IMG/VR virus record: IMGVR_UViG_3300042268_000564
From: a virus
Lineage: Duplodnaviria > Caudoviricetes
Direction: 5' to 3' (one strand)
DNA: 64,000 nt
This document shows positions 48,442 to 58,709 of the stretch, piece by piece. Numbering within the stretch: the stretch's first letter is position 1; every line of letters begins with the position of its first letter. A model generated the notes under the pieces. The model was not told where the DNA came from. It saw only the letters and a program-made list of their open reading frames with translations, and did no database searches. The position numbers and the translations under genes were made by a program.

Positions 48442-49260
48442 GTGAAAGAGAAAATTTTTCCAGCTCTAAAAAAGATTCTAAAATTTGCGGCTTTATTGCT
48501 GACGGTTTACGGCTTGTGGCGGCTTGGCATGTATTTATTCCCGGGCACAATCGGCGGCGGGACACAAGAAGCGGGACAGGACGTAGTAAACTTTTGGACT
48601 ACAGCTTATCAGACAATAAAAGATTCTTTTAAAGAAGTAATTAAGCAGTTCTTTTTGAACATCCACCAATCTATCGTATTAGTGTTTGTTGGATGGTTGT
48701 TTGCTGGTGTGAAACGTTTGTGGTCGGGTGTCCGTGAACGAGTATATATTTTGATTGATGTTTACCTCGGCAAAATGGCTCAAGAAAAGCGTGAGAATAT
48801 TAAAAAATACTTGGATACAATCATCATTGCTAATATTGAACTTGTTGAGAGCGCATTTGCCACCATTAGTGGTGGCTCTAATGAGGACATCGAAGAGAAG
48901 CGCAGACGTAATGAGGAAAAGCTTACAGCAGCTTTGACCATGACTCTTTATGACTTGATGAAGAATGAATCCGGTAGAGAGCTTGTTAAAGACTATACAA
49001 AAGAAGAGATTGTAAGAATGCTGATTTGTGAAATCGAAAAGAATATTCTCAAGCAGAAAATTGTTTCTGACAGTCCAGAAGCAAATATTTTCGCCTCGCC
49101 CATTATGGCATGTGCTGCTGGGTCAAGGACTCTTGGTCTCGAAGACAATATTTCAGAAGAGGCTGCTGGTAGATTGCGTAAATTAATCAAAAAGACATCC
49201 GACACTCTTCCAGCCGAGTATCAGGCAGCTATTAAGGAATCGGTTTCGGAGAGCAAGTAA
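48442..49260 (+). CDS. Membrane protein with two TM segments, possibly holin-like
   Basis: AGGAG RBS; FAALLLTVYGLWRLGMYLF and SIVLVFVGWLFAGV; a helical soluble domain loosely like LL-H-type holins. Confidence 0.45.
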   Translation: MKEKIFPALKKILKFAALLLTVYGLWRLGMYLFPGTIGGGTQEAGQDVVNFWTTAYQTIKDSFKEVIKQFFLNIHQSIVLVFVGWLFAGVKRLWSGVRERVYILIDVYLGKMAQEKRENIKKYLDTIIIANIELVESAFATISGGSNEDIEEKRRRNEEKLTAALTMTLYDLMKNESGRELVKDYTKEEIVRMLICEIEKNILKQKIVSDSPEANIFASPIMACAAGSRTLGLEDNISEEAAGRLRKLIKKTSDTLPAEYQAAIKESVSESK

Positions 49261-49880
49261 TGGAATTTCCTGTGCGCATGGATATAAGAAGAATTGACAG
49301 TAAGCCTGACATGCTTGAAAAATTGAAAGCAAGCGATTGGATTTGTTGTATGGATTGTGGGCTTCTTATTGAGAAAAAAAGGCAGGGCAAGCCTCAATGG
49401 TCTATTTGCCCTGCCTGCGTGCGGGTTTATTCCGAGGTAAAGCATAAATGGCTTGCGTCTATGCTTGCTAAAAGAGTTATGGAACAGCAAGGATTGTTGG
49501 CTGCAAGAGCAGAGATGTTGCAAAAGAATAATGTTTATTATTGCAAAGATTGCCATAGATTCTATTTGGCAATAAAGGACATAGAGAGCCAACAGATGCA
49601 GTGCAGGTGGTGTTTTGTTTATGAAAAGAAAACAGGCAGTCCTTTAAAGTCTCGCAGAGAAAAGACTTGCATAGTATGCTATGGCGAAACAGGTGGACAG
49701 GCTGTTTGCGATAATTGCTTCTCAAAAATGCGCATAGTTAAGAAAAGTATGGAATATACATATTTCATTACTTGGCTTGGTCGGTATATGAGAGAACCTG
49801 TTTTTGAAGCAGGGAAGATGACCAAAAAGGGGCTTAAACAAGAGAAGATAAATATGCGAGAGAGGATTCCCCGTGAATAA
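49260..49880 (+). CDS. Multi zinc-finger protein
   Basis: Six CxxC pairs (CMDC, CPAC, CKDC, CRWC, CIVC, CDNC). Confidence 0.7.
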   Translation: MEFPVRMDIRRIDSKPDMLEKLKASDWICCMDCGLLIEKKRQGKPQWSICPACVRVYSEVKHKWLASMLAKRVMEQQGLLAARAEMLQKNNVYYCKDCHRFYLAIKDIESQQMQCRWCFVYEKKTGSPLKSRREKTCIVCYGETGGQAVCDNCFSKMRIVKKSMEYTYFITWLGRYMREPVFEAGKMTKKGLKQEKINMRERIPRE

Positions 49881-50478
49881 AGATGAATTATTAGCGAATT
49901 ATTACAAGCTGATGCAGAATAATGAGCTTTCGACTGATGACGTCACTGGTTTGATACGAGGACTTATTTCTTATAACCCTGAGCTTGCGAAACAAGCCAT
50001 AGAGATGACTGATGACCAGCTCAAACAAACTTCAGATTTGTTGGTCGAGGCTAAAAATGAAAAAAGTATCGGCAAAGTGGACAGATGCCTTGAGCTTTTA
50101 TCAAGACGATATTCAATGTTATTGGCACAGATTGGCACTGTCGAAGCCCAATTAGAAATGTGCGAGATATTAAGGGTTGAGTCAGAAAAGTCTGAGTCTC
50201 AAGTAATTATGGGGACAATGCCGCTGATTCTTATAATTGAACTCGTGCATTTTTTGAAAAGCCAAATATGGGCGACTATCACATGGGAAAATAATGAGGC
50301 TTATGAGGATAAGAAAATTAATGAGCGTGCTCGGCTTGTGCGATTAAAGGTTGAGCCGAATAAAATGTGGGATGGCAAGATTAATTTTGTTTTTGCTCAA
50401 GAGGGGTATGTGACAGAACAAGATTTTAATCGTCTTTGTCAAAAATTAAAGTGTTCTTATGTGTATTATAACAACTAA
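49873..50478 (+). CDS. Hypothetical protein
   Basis: 201-aa ORF with GAGG RBS. Confidence 0.65.
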   Translation: MNKDELLANYYKLMQNNELSTDDVTGLIRGLISYNPELAKQAIEMTDDQLKQTSDLLVEAKNEKSIGKVDRCLELLSRRYSMLLAQIGTVEAQLEMCEILRVESEKSESQVIMGTMPLILIIELVHFLKSQIWATITWENNEAYEDKKINERARLVRLKVEPNKMWDGKINFVFAQEGYVTEQDFNRLCQKLKCSYVYYNN

Positions 50479-50543
50479 GTGGTTGTTTTTATTATGTATA
50501 AAACTACAGGAGGGCTTTTTAAAGCCGTGAATAGGGGGAACAT

Positions 50544-50867
50544 GTGGAAAGATTAGCGAGAATGTCAATCCCATTGGATATGGCAAATACACCTGACGAT
50601 GTCGGCGATTTTTTGATTAGGGTGATAAGACTCAAGATTGAGGATTTGGAAGGGGAAATCATCGGGCGCAACAAACAGCTTTCTGAATTGCGCATGATGG
50701 GGGAAGTAGACCCTAAGAACGAAACTTTAAGCGGTAGTGTGGCTGCTATTGAGAAAATAATTAAAGCTCGTCTTAAATCTAAAAAGATGTTCCGTGGGGT
50801 TCTTATGAAGTTGCAGCAACATGGGAACAAGTTTTTTAAATTTGAAAATACTGATACTGAAGAATAA
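50544..50867 (+). CDS. Hypothetical coiled-coil protein
   Basis: GGGGG RBS, GTG start. Confidence 0.6.
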   Translation: MERLARMSIPLDMANTPDDVGDFLIRVIRLKIEDLEGEIIGRNKQLSELRMMGEVDPKNETLSGSVAAIEKIIKARLKSKKMFRGVLMKLQQHGNKFFKFENTDTEE

Positions 50868-50890
50868 ACCAGAAGGAGCATTGGCTGAAT

Positions 50891-51385
50891 ATGAATAATT
50901 TGATTGTGTTAGATGGGCGGGTAAGGACTGATGTCAAAATAGGCACAAAACAGGGATTTAATGGCAGCTCCCAAAAAGTGGCCAGATTTTCCATTCCCGA
51001 ATATGCAGGGAAAGATGACGCTGGAAATTACAAGCCAACTAAGGCTTGGTATCAGATTACTGGCTATGGACATATGGCTGACAAAATAGAGAAATATGTA
51101 ACAAAGGGTTCTCATGTTATTGTTACTGGCAAGATAAGGGTTGATGCTTATAATCACAAAACTGACAACAGTGCGGTAGCGAGTGTGAACGTGACCGTAA
51201 CTGATATTCAGGTTGTGGGTGGGTATGACTCTCAATCTCAAGGACAGCCGACTACTTATAATAATCCATCGTTTAATGATGACAATGATACTGCATCTTC
51301 GACTGGCGATACTGGTTATTCTTACAGAGCTACTACTGGCAAGCGACAAGATTCAAATGATTCTGGTGCTGGAGAAAATTGGTAA
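50891..51385 (+). CDS. ssb: Single-stranded DNA-binding protein
   Basis: MNNLIVLDGRV..VARFSI..WYQITGYG..KGSHVIVTGKI OB fold with an acidic disordered tail. Confidence 0.88.
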   Translation: MNNLIVLDGRVRTDVKIGTKQGFNGSSQKVARFSIPEYAGKDDAGNYKPTKAWYQITGYGHMADKIEKYVTKGSHVIVTGKIRVDAYNHKTDNSAVASVNVTVTDIQVVGGYDSQSQGQPTTYNNPSFNDDNDTASSTGDTGYSYRATTGKRQDSNDSGAGENW

Positions 51386-53523
51386 TGGACTACAAGACTA
51401 AGCTAAAATCGTGGAAAACATCGTATGTGTTCTCTAACGGAATGCAGCTTTGGTACCGTCAAACGGACACGCTTACATCAGTTCTTTATGGTATTATTGA
51501 CGCAGGCAGTCGACATGATGGCGACAAGCGAGGGATAGCCCATTTTACAGAGCATTTACTGTTTGATGGGAACTCGTCTATGTCCGGCAGGGCTTTAAAG
51601 GAATTCGCCGCCAATAATGGTCTGGACATTAATGCAGGCACCAGTAAAGAATTTATGACAGTCGAAGTGGGTGACATTTTGCCAGAAAAGTTGCCCGAAG
51701 CTGTCGAGATACTTTATCAGACGATGATTAAAGCTGATTTTAATGGTGAGGACTTTGACAGAGAGAAGCGAGTCGTAATCTCTGAAATTGGCGATGCCGA
51801 AGACCGTGCTCTTAGCAAAGCGATGGAGCAGGTAGCGGGAATGCTTTTGGCAGACAAATATCGTTACCCTGTATTGGGCAATGCAGAATCAGTATCTTCA
51901 ATTACCAAAGAGGATGTAAGAGCTTTTTATGCCAGAACATTCAGACCTGAAAATATGGTTATTTGTTATGCAGGCTCCAAATCTGCTGATGAAGTTGCCA
52001 GAGAGGTTTCGCAAAAACTTAAATGGGAAGACAATGACTTGACATGGTCTCAATCTAATTCCGATATCGAGCTGCAATTCAATCAAATGGATACAGTATT
52101 TGATGGCAACGGTTTCGAGTGGAAAGAAGAGGTGGATAGGCAAGGTCAGCGTCAGGTCGCTGTAGCTTTCGGCTATAAGGGTTTGTCGAGCCACTTAGAC
52201 GAAGATACTATTTCTTTGTCTCTTGCTACCAAGATTTTTGGTGGCGGTGTAATGACAAGTCGAATGTTCCGAAGGCTCAGGGAAGAAAAAGGTCTTTGTT
52301 ATTGGGCTGGTGGCAAAGTTTCAAATTTTATTGATGAGCAGGGACTTATTGCATTACTTGGCACAACAAATAGTGAGAACTATAAAACCTTTATAAGTGA
52401 ATTGCAACAATTGGTGGATGAGGTGAGAACTACTGCACCTTTTACACAGCAAGAATTGGACGCTGCGAAGCTGTGTGAAAAAGCAGGGCTTTTAAAGATA
52501 TTTGACAGTTTTTCCTCTTCTGTCAATTTGTTCATGCACTCATACATAACAGCTAATAAGCTTGCTCTTGCAGATGAGTTGGAAAAGATTGAAAAAACAA
52601 CATTGCAGGACGTGCAGTCTGCTTTTAATAAGTATTTTGCAGAAGCACCTGTTATTGTGGCAGTAGGAAGCCTTAACGAGAATGCCGCAGACGAGCCACA
52701 AGAGAAAGAACAGGAATTAATGAATGCAGACAGACCTACGCCTGCGGGGTCGCACGCCACTACGCCGAATTCTGTAACACCACCATATGCAGCTCCTCCG
52801 ATTAAGGAAGAAAATGAATTACAGCCTTCGATAGTTGACGAGGAAAAGCCTGATGATGAATCTGAGGATATTGATGAGGAAACAGGACTTGAAGATGCAG
52901 AGGTAAATACGATGCCTCTTGAAGAAAGTCAATGTGCTGGCTGTGGCAAACCTTTTTTGCATATAGCTGGGGTTGCAGTTAAGAAATGTCCTGAGTGCAA
53001 GGTTCAGGACGTGGAAGGTGCCGTTAGAAAACCTGTTGAACATGTCAGTCTTTACGGATTGGACGGCAATGAGGTTTTGGGCAAGGCACAACAAGTTGTA
53101 ATACTTGATGATAAGGTAGATTTTTCCAATGCAGATATGTGTGACTCTTTGTTGCTCGAAGGTGCGAAATCAGAGGGTAAAGATTTTGGCTCAAAAGCAA
53201 GTTCGCAGTTAAAACCTGCGAGTGCTCCGCCGCCCGTAACGCCATCTGGCAAAAAAAATGATGGTGCTCCTGAACCGACTGCTGGGGCAGAAAAGGCTGG
53301 TGGCAAGGATAAATATAAGCCTACTGGCATGGGTGGCGGTAGCGCAGAAGCTGACGCTGCTGCCGAGGAAGAGGCCGAAAGAGCTGCGGTTGAAAAACAA
53401 AACGAAATAGAAGCTGAGATGGAAATGGCAGGGGTGGAAGCTACTGGCGGCAGGGGCAGTGCTTGGAATCCTGAAGACCATCCTAGAAATCCAGACAGTG
53501 GAAGGTTCATTGATGCTGAATAA
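51385..53523 (+). CDS. M16 (pitrilysin/MPP-like) zinc peptidase with an acidic low-complexity tail, zinc ribbon and terminal HPR motif
   Basis: GIAHFTEHLLF (HXXEH), INAGTS, REKRVVISEI, SRMFRRLREEKGLCY; tail CAGC..CPEC and WNPEDHPRNPDSGRF. Confidence 0.88.
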   Translation: MDYKTKLKSWKTSYVFSNGMQLWYRQTDTLTSVLYGIIDAGSRHDGDKRGIAHFTEHLLFDGNSSMSGRALKEFAANNGLDINAGTSKEFMTVEVGDILPEKLPEAVEILYQTMIKADFNGEDFDREKRVVISEIGDAEDRALSKAMEQVAGMLLADKYRYPVLGNAESVSSITKEDVRAFYARTFRPENMVICYAGSKSADEVAREVSQKLKWEDNDLTWSQSNSDIELQFNQMDTVFDGNGFEWKEEVDRQGQRQVAVAFGYKGLSSHLDEDTISLSLATKIFGGGVMTSRMFRRLREEKGLCYWAGGKVSNFIDEQGLIALLGTTNSENYKTFISELQQLVDEVRTTAPFTQQELDAAKLCEKAGLLKIFDSFSSSVNLFMHSYITANKLALADELEKIEKTTLQDVQSAFNKYFAEAPVIVAVGSLNENAADEPQEKEQELMNADRPTPAGSHATTPNSVTPPYAAPPIKEENELQPSIVDEEKPDDESEDIDEETGLEDAEVNTMPLEESQCAGCGKPFLHIAGVAVKKCPECKVQDVEGAVRKPVEHVSLYGLDGNEVLGKAQQVVILDDKVDFSNADMCDSLLLEGAKSEGKDFGSKASSQLKPASAPPPVTPSGKKNDGAPEPTAGAEKAGGKDKYKPTGMGGGSAEADAAAEEEAERAAVEKQNEIEAEMEMAGVEATGGRGSAWNPEDHPRNPDSGRFIDAE

Positions 53524-53539
53524 AGGAGATGCGAGTTTT

Positions 53540-54118
53540 ATGCAAGGATTACCATTGATAACAAGGCAGGCAGAGCCTGATGACAGACTTGGACAGGTAT
53601 TAACTGTTGCGTCTGGGAAAGGACAATTGATGCTGCAAGGGATTCTTTTGCGTCCTTTGCAGATTAAGAATTATATTCTCTCTAATACATCATTAGAAAG
53701 ATTTGAAATCCCAGAATCAATTGAACTTTTTAGCGGCGAAGAAACCATTCGCACCGCAGACGGAAAGGAAGAAAAACGCCAAAGACTACTCGGTGCAGGC
53801 GTGTTGACCAAAAAGAATAATGGTGCTGATGGATTTGTTATAGAGTTTAATATTGAGCTTCTTGATGATTCTATAATTGAAGAAGTAAAGAGCAGTGTGG
53901 GCAAGCTTGGCTTAACTGCATTTGAACGTCTTTATCCTATCATGCCAGTGTTCGAGATTAAGTCTGAAGACCTTTATTGTAGTATTTGTGATGAGCAACT
54001 GAATCAATGTTCCCATAATGTGGGTGAAGGATATTCAAGAGTCACTTGCCGTGCACAAGTGCGTCAGGGTGCAATAAAATCGTTGATATGGTCAGGTGTC
54101 AGAGAAGACTTTAATTAA
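53540..54118 (+). CDS. Hypothetical protein with a CSIC..CxH..GxxY..C module seen in phage head-maturation-associated proteins
   Basis: AAAGGAG RBS; YCSICDEQLNQCSHNVGEGYSRVTCRA. Confidence 0.5.
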   Translation: MQGLPLITRQAEPDDRLGQVLTVASGKGQLMLQGILLRPLQIKNYILSNTSLERFEIPESIELFSGEETIRTADGKEEKRQRLLGAGVLTKKNNGADGFVIEFNIELLDDSIIEEVKSSVGKLGLTAFERLYPIMPVFEIKSEDLYCSICDEQLNQCSHNVGEGYSRVTCRAQVRQGAIKSLIWSGVREDFN

Positions 54119-54137
54119 TTCTTTTTTTGCTTGGTAG

Positions 54138-54166
54138 AAAGCCCCTTAATTGGGGCTTTTTCTTTT
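54138..54166 (+). terminator. Rho-independent terminator
   Basis: AAAGCCCC-TTAATT-GGGGCTTT then TTCTTTT. Confidence 0.8.
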
Positions 54167-54199
54167 CTGTAGGTAATATAGATGTAAAGCGCACGAGGG

Positions 54200-55393
54200 G
54201 TGACAGCATTGATTATATATGGCACTGGTGATTTGCATATCGGACAAAGTATGAATTATGGGAAAACTGATGAAAATGGTTTCCCAGACAAATTAAGAGA
54301 GCAGCAAAAGTTATTAGCCGATTTTGTTACAGAGGCAATAAATAAAGCTGACATGGTTGTATTTGCTGGCGATTACTTCCCGAAGCATTTCAGGATAAAT
54401 CCAGATGCCATGAGAGTTCTTTCAGAGCAGATTCTTAGGCTTGTTGAGGCAAAAATTCCTGTAAAGATTTTAGAGGGCAATCATGATAAAGCCAGAATAG
54501 AAGCATTAGACAGCACTGTTCAAATGTTTTCTGTGTTTAAATTGGCGGGTGTAGAGGTTATCCGCAAGCCTTGTGTTCAGAGCTATGACGACATTGATGT
54601 TTTATTCGTGCCTCATCTAATACCTGCCGAGCTTGCTGTTTATCAAAAGTCTGACCAAGATGATGTTACTGCTGCGATGAAGAATATGTTGGATGATTTG
54701 TTAAGCCAGACAACAAAAAGGGCTATTTTGTTTGGACATTTTGGGATTGCCGAAGCAGGACGTGGAAGCGAAACGACTATGATAGCAGGGAACAATATTT
54801 GTGTTTCTGCTGATATATTTGACCGACCTGAATTGGCATATTGTTTCTTGGGACATATCCACAAGAGTTGGAAATGGCAAGGAAACTATACGAATGTTGT
54901 TTATTTTGGGTCGATGGATAGATTTGATTTTGCAGAAGCCAAAGACACAAAGGAATACGGAATTATTCAAATTGCTGATGAAAAAGTGAATTATGAGACT
55001 ATTGCAGTTAATGCAAGAACTTTCGTAGATGTTAAACATTATTTGGGGCATGATGCCACTATAGCTTTCCTTGAGGAATACGATTTTAAAGATGCCGTTG
55101 TTAAGGTGAATGTAGAGGTAGATAAAGACTACACTCAGGGTAAGAAAATTTCCGAGAAAATCAAGGATTACATTACAAAGGCTGGTGCCTACCATATACA
55201 CGGGATTAGTATTGTGTATAGACCATCTTTTGTGGCAAAGAATTCAAAAGTTGTGGAATCTGCGTCTGTTGAAGATAATTTGCAAAGAGTAATTCTTGAC
55301 GAGGGATTTGCTAATCCCGCTGACTTGTATCGTGCTCATATAGAGTTAAGCAGGGAAATTCGTGCAGAGGATGAAGCGGAGGCTGAGAAATGA
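54200..55393 (+). CDS. sbcD: SbcD/Mre11-like nuclease
   Basis: GDLHIG, FAGDYF, GNHD, LGHIH and YFGS metallophosphoesterase motifs; upstream of a Rad50-like ATPase. Confidence 0.88.
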   Translation: MTALIIYGTGDLHIGQSMNYGKTDENGFPDKLREQQKLLADFVTEAINKADMVVFAGDYFPKHFRINPDAMRVLSEQILRLVEAKIPVKILEGNHDKARIEALDSTVQMFSVFKLAGVEVIRKPCVQSYDDIDVLFVPHLIPAELAVYQKSDQDDVTAAMKNMLDDLLSQTTKRAILFGHFGIAEAGRGSETTMIAGNNICVSADIFDRPELAYCFLGHIHKSWKWQGNYTNVVYFGSMDRFDFAEAKDTKEYGIIQIADEKVNYETIAVNARTFVDVKHYLGHDATIAFLEEYDFKDAVVKVNVEVDKDYTQGKKISEKIKDYITKAGAYHIHGISIVYRPSFVAKNSKVVESASVEDNLQRVILDEGFANPADLYRAHIELSREIRAEDEAEAEK

Positions 55394-55647
55394 CCAATTG
55401 GCGAGAGATTATTGCAGAATTGAATCCAGATGCATTACTTATTGATAGCTTTGATGAAGCTATTGTTGGGCATGTAGAACAGAGCAGCAAGGTATTGGCA
55501 GCCTACAGCAAAGAGGTGGTGTTAGACATATTGCATCGACAAGGCATGACAGAGGAAGAAGCAATAGAACATTTTGATTTTAATATAATTGGTTCATACG
55601 TCGGCGAGAATACGCCTGTTTTTCTTACTGCGGTGGTGAGTGAATGA
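55390..55647 (+). CDS. Small phage hypothetical protein
   Basis: FDEAIVG..EEAIEHFDFNIIGSYVGENTPVF; ATGA overlaps. Confidence 0.7.
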   Translation: MTNWREIIAELNPDALLIDSFDEAIVGHVEQSSKVLAAYSKEVVLDILHRQGMTEEEAIEHFDFNIIGSYVGENTPVFLTAVVSE

Positions 55648-56099
55648 ATAGTAAAGAACAGGTTGTAAAATGTGAAATTAATACGCATAGACGAGATGTC
55701 GAGAAAGTAATGACATTAATGGCATCGCTTTTCTTGCGGCGTGGCAAGTTGCATGATGTGTCTAAATTAGAGGAGCCAGAGCTTTCCGCAATTACTTTGA
55801 TTAAAGATATGAAATATGGCACTGATGAGTATTTAAAACATTGTCAGTCTGATGGCATTAAAGCTCACTACAAGAATAATCGCCATCACCCAGAACATTT
55901 TGAGAATGGCGTAGACGATATGACATTGATTGATGTGATGGAATATTTTGCCGATTGTGCAGTAGCTGCGAAGAGACGTAGTGGCTGTTACATTGATTTT
56001 GAAAATTTGCGAGAGCGACATAAGCTGTGTCCTCAGCTTGTAAAAATATTAAACAATACGTTGCAGGCAGTTATTATAGAGTTGGACAAGATTCATTAA
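55644..56099 (+). CDS. HD-superfamily-like protein (DUF5662-like)
   Basis: LHDVSKL...HYKNNRHHPEHFENGVDDMTLIDVMEYFAD. Confidence 0.7.
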   Translation: MNSKEQVVKCEINTHRRDVEKVMTLMASLFLRRGKLHDVSKLEEPELSAITLIKDMKYGTDEYLKHCQSDGIKAHYKNNRHHPEHFENGVDDMTLIDVMEYFADCAVAAKRRSGCYIDFENLRERHKLCPQLVKILNNTLQAVIIELDKIH

Positions 56100-56111
56100 A
56101 GAGAGTAGATA

Positions 56112-58709
56112 ATGATTCCAAAGGGTTTACAATTAATCAATTTTCGTTCACATAAGAATACAGTAATAGACCTTTCCAATATCACTGTAGCTGCGATACT
56201 TGGCGATAATGGGATAGGTAAATCATCTATTGTCTTGGCTATTTTGTATGTATTGTGGGGAAAAATCCCGAAATATACATTGCTTGAATTGGTCAACGAT
56301 GGTGGCGCAAAAGACATGTCAGTTATTTATGATTTTGAGCACGAGGACGGATGCGATTATCGTATAGAGCGCAGTGTAAAGGTTTCGGGGAAAACAAAAA
56401 AGACAGCCATAAGCACGTTAACTCTTTCCAAAAAATCTGATTCTGGAAAATGGGTTGATATTTCAGGGAATAGTATTAATGCAACCACAGCTACAATACA
56501 AAAGATGCTGGGGGGTCTTACAGTTGATGCTGCAATGTATTCTAATCTTGCGATGCAGGATGAATTTTCGAGATTTATGGATGCAGAGCCAAGTGAACGT
56601 AGAGAAATATTTGAAACAATTTCTAATGTGGGAATTTATGACAGGCTTGGAAAGAAAGCTAAAAGACGAGCAGATGATGCGCAGGCTGTAATTAAGGCTG
56701 TAAATCTTGATGATGACTTGGTAGTCTCAGGTTGGTCAACCCGTCTTAAAGAAATCGATGTTGAATTGCGGCAGCTTGAGCAAGATAGGCAAGAGAAGGA
56801 AAAAGATTTGTCTGCTTTTATGAGTGCGAAAGCTCAACTTACGTCCAGTGAGGCTTTTGATGTAAAAGGGGATAAAGAACGACTTGCCAGTTTGATGCAA
56901 CAGCTTGAAACATGGCAGGCAAAGGAAATTGAAACAAAAGAAAATTTGCAGGAATATTCAACCCTGATAAGTTCAAAAGACAAGATAACAGCCGACTATA
57001 ACCGTTTTACGGCTTTACGGATGGAAAATGATAAGTATTCCGAGCTGGAAAGGGAATACTCACAAATAGAGCGTGATTTGGCAGCAGAAAAGAGTAATCT
57101 TGTTCATATTAATCAGTTGCAGGAAAAAATCATTGCCGAGAAAGTGCGGCTTCAGCAGAAATCAGATAAGATTAAGGCAGACCTGAGAAAACAGTACGCA
57201 ATAGAGAGTGATGCCCCTATTCAGGCAAGCTTGAAGGAAAAGATTGCAGATTTGACCGAGGGGTTGACAGAACTTGCCCAAAAGAAAGATAGTCTTGTTG
57301 CAGAACAGGATACGCTTGAGCAGAAATTAACATCTTGCAGGGTAGCCATATCTGACTCGCAGGCTTCTTTGAACCAGATTGCTGAAACAATCACGAGATT
57401 AAAAGGTTCCGACGGGGAGTGTCCCTTCTTGCGCAAGAAATGTTCTAAAATTAGTGGGGACAGTTTAGCTTCTGAGATTCTATCGTTGGAAAAGAGAGGA
57501 AACCTTCTTAAAGCCCAGCAGGTTGTAATAGAGACAACAAGAACAGAAATAACTGAACTTATAGATTCAACAAAAAAAGAAGCCTATAAAGTAGAGCAAG
57601 AGGCTAAGGGAATAGAGAAGACCATTGTTGGAATTAATGCTGATTTAAAAAATGCAGCGGCTCAACTGTCAGAGATTAAGCAGCTTACAAAGCGACTTGA
57701 CGATGATTTTGACGGGAATTTTAAAGCCATGCAGGAGATAGAAATCTCTGTAGGGAACATTGAAAAGTTGCAGCAGGCTTGTTCGTATGACAGGCAGAAG
57801 CATGATACATGCAGAACATCTTTAAAGGAATTGCAGGCAACAGAAATCTCTACGCTATATCAAGCTCTATTAACAGCAGGCAAACTTTATGTTACAACAA
57901 AAGAACAGCTTGCCGATATTCAGGACAATTTAAAAAGAGCAGGACAAGAATCAACACGACTAACTCAAGTTATTGCAGACAAGCAGAAAAGGCTTGATGC
58001 GGCGGAACCAGAATTGAAGCGGATTGAGGATGCAATTGAAAAGGCTAACAATGAATTGGCAGTATTTGCAGAAAATAAGACGGCTCTTGTTGTGGAACAA
58101 ACGAATTGCAAAGCTAGGATTGAACAGCACGAGAGAACAAAAGAAACAATAAGTGCGCAGCAGAAAACATATGATACGCATATTAATCTGACAAAAGCCT
58201 ATCAAATGGCAAAGGCGTTTATCGTAGAGAATAGTATCCCTCGTTATCAAGAGAATTGTAACCGTATGTTGGAATATTTGGGCTTGAATATCCGTGTGAG
58301 GATAGAAACATTGGAAGAAGCTAAAGATAGTAAGCCTGACAAGCCTAAGTTTAATAAGGTGTTTAAGATTATTGTAATCAATTCTCAGGGGATTGAGCGC
58401 AGCTATCACACATGGAGCGGCGGTGAAAAGCATCGTGTGAATTTGGCGTTAAGACATGCCCTTTCAATGACATTGCTGAACAGAAGTGGTGTTAAAATGG
58501 GATTGGTAGTTATTGACGAAGGTGATACAAGGCTTGATTCGGCAGGCAAAGAAGCTTTGTTAAAAGTAATTGATGCAACCAGTAATGGTGAATTTGGGTT
58601 TCCTGCAAAAGTTTTGTTTATTACTCACGCAGAGGATTTGAAGGATAGATTGCCCACAAGGATAATATTGTCAGCGGGTAAAAATGGGACGAAAGTTACG
58701 ATAAATTAA
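56112..58709 (+). CDS. sbcC: SbcC/Rad50-like SMC ATPase
   Basis: INFRSH, Walker A GDNGIGKSS, Q-loop, long coiled coil with central CPFLRKKC, SGGE signature, Walker B VVIDEG, ITH. Confidence 0.92.
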   Translation: MIPKGLQLINFRSHKNTVIDLSNITVAAILGDNGIGKSSIVLAILYVLWGKIPKYTLLELVNDGGAKDMSVIYDFEHEDGCDYRIERSVKVSGKTKKTAISTLTLSKKSDSGKWVDISGNSINATTATIQKMLGGLTVDAAMYSNLAMQDEFSRFMDAEPSERREIFETISNVGIYDRLGKKAKRRADDAQAVIKAVNLDDDLVVSGWSTRLKEIDVELRQLEQDRQEKEKDLSAFMSAKAQLTSSEAFDVKGDKERLASLMQQLETWQAKEIETKENLQEYSTLISSKDKITADYNRFTALRMENDKYSELEREYSQIERDLAAEKSNLVHINQLQEKIIAEKVRLQQKSDKIKADLRKQYAIESDAPIQASLKEKIADLTEGLTELAQKKDSLVAEQDTLEQKLTSCRVAISDSQASLNQIAETITRLKGSDGECPFLRKKCSKISGDSLASEILSLEKRGNLLKAQQVVIETTRTEITELIDSTKKEAYKVEQEAKGIEKTIVGINADLKNAAAQLSEIKQLTKRLDDDFDGNFKAMQEIEISVGNIEKLQQACSYDRQKHDTCRTSLKELQATEISTLYQALLTAGKLYVTTKEQLADIQDNLKRAGQESTRLTQVIADKQKRLDAAEPELKRIEDAIEKANNELAVFAENKTALVVEQTNCKARIEQHERTKETISAQQKTYDTHINLTKAYQMAKAFIVENSIPRYQENCNRMLEYLGLNIRVRIETLEEAKDSKPDKPKFNKVFKIIVINSQGIERSYHTWSGGEKHRVNLALRHALSMTLLNRSGVKMGLVVIDEGDTRLDSAGKEALLKVIDATSNGEFGFPAKVLFITHAEDLKDRLPTRIILSAGKNGTKVTIN

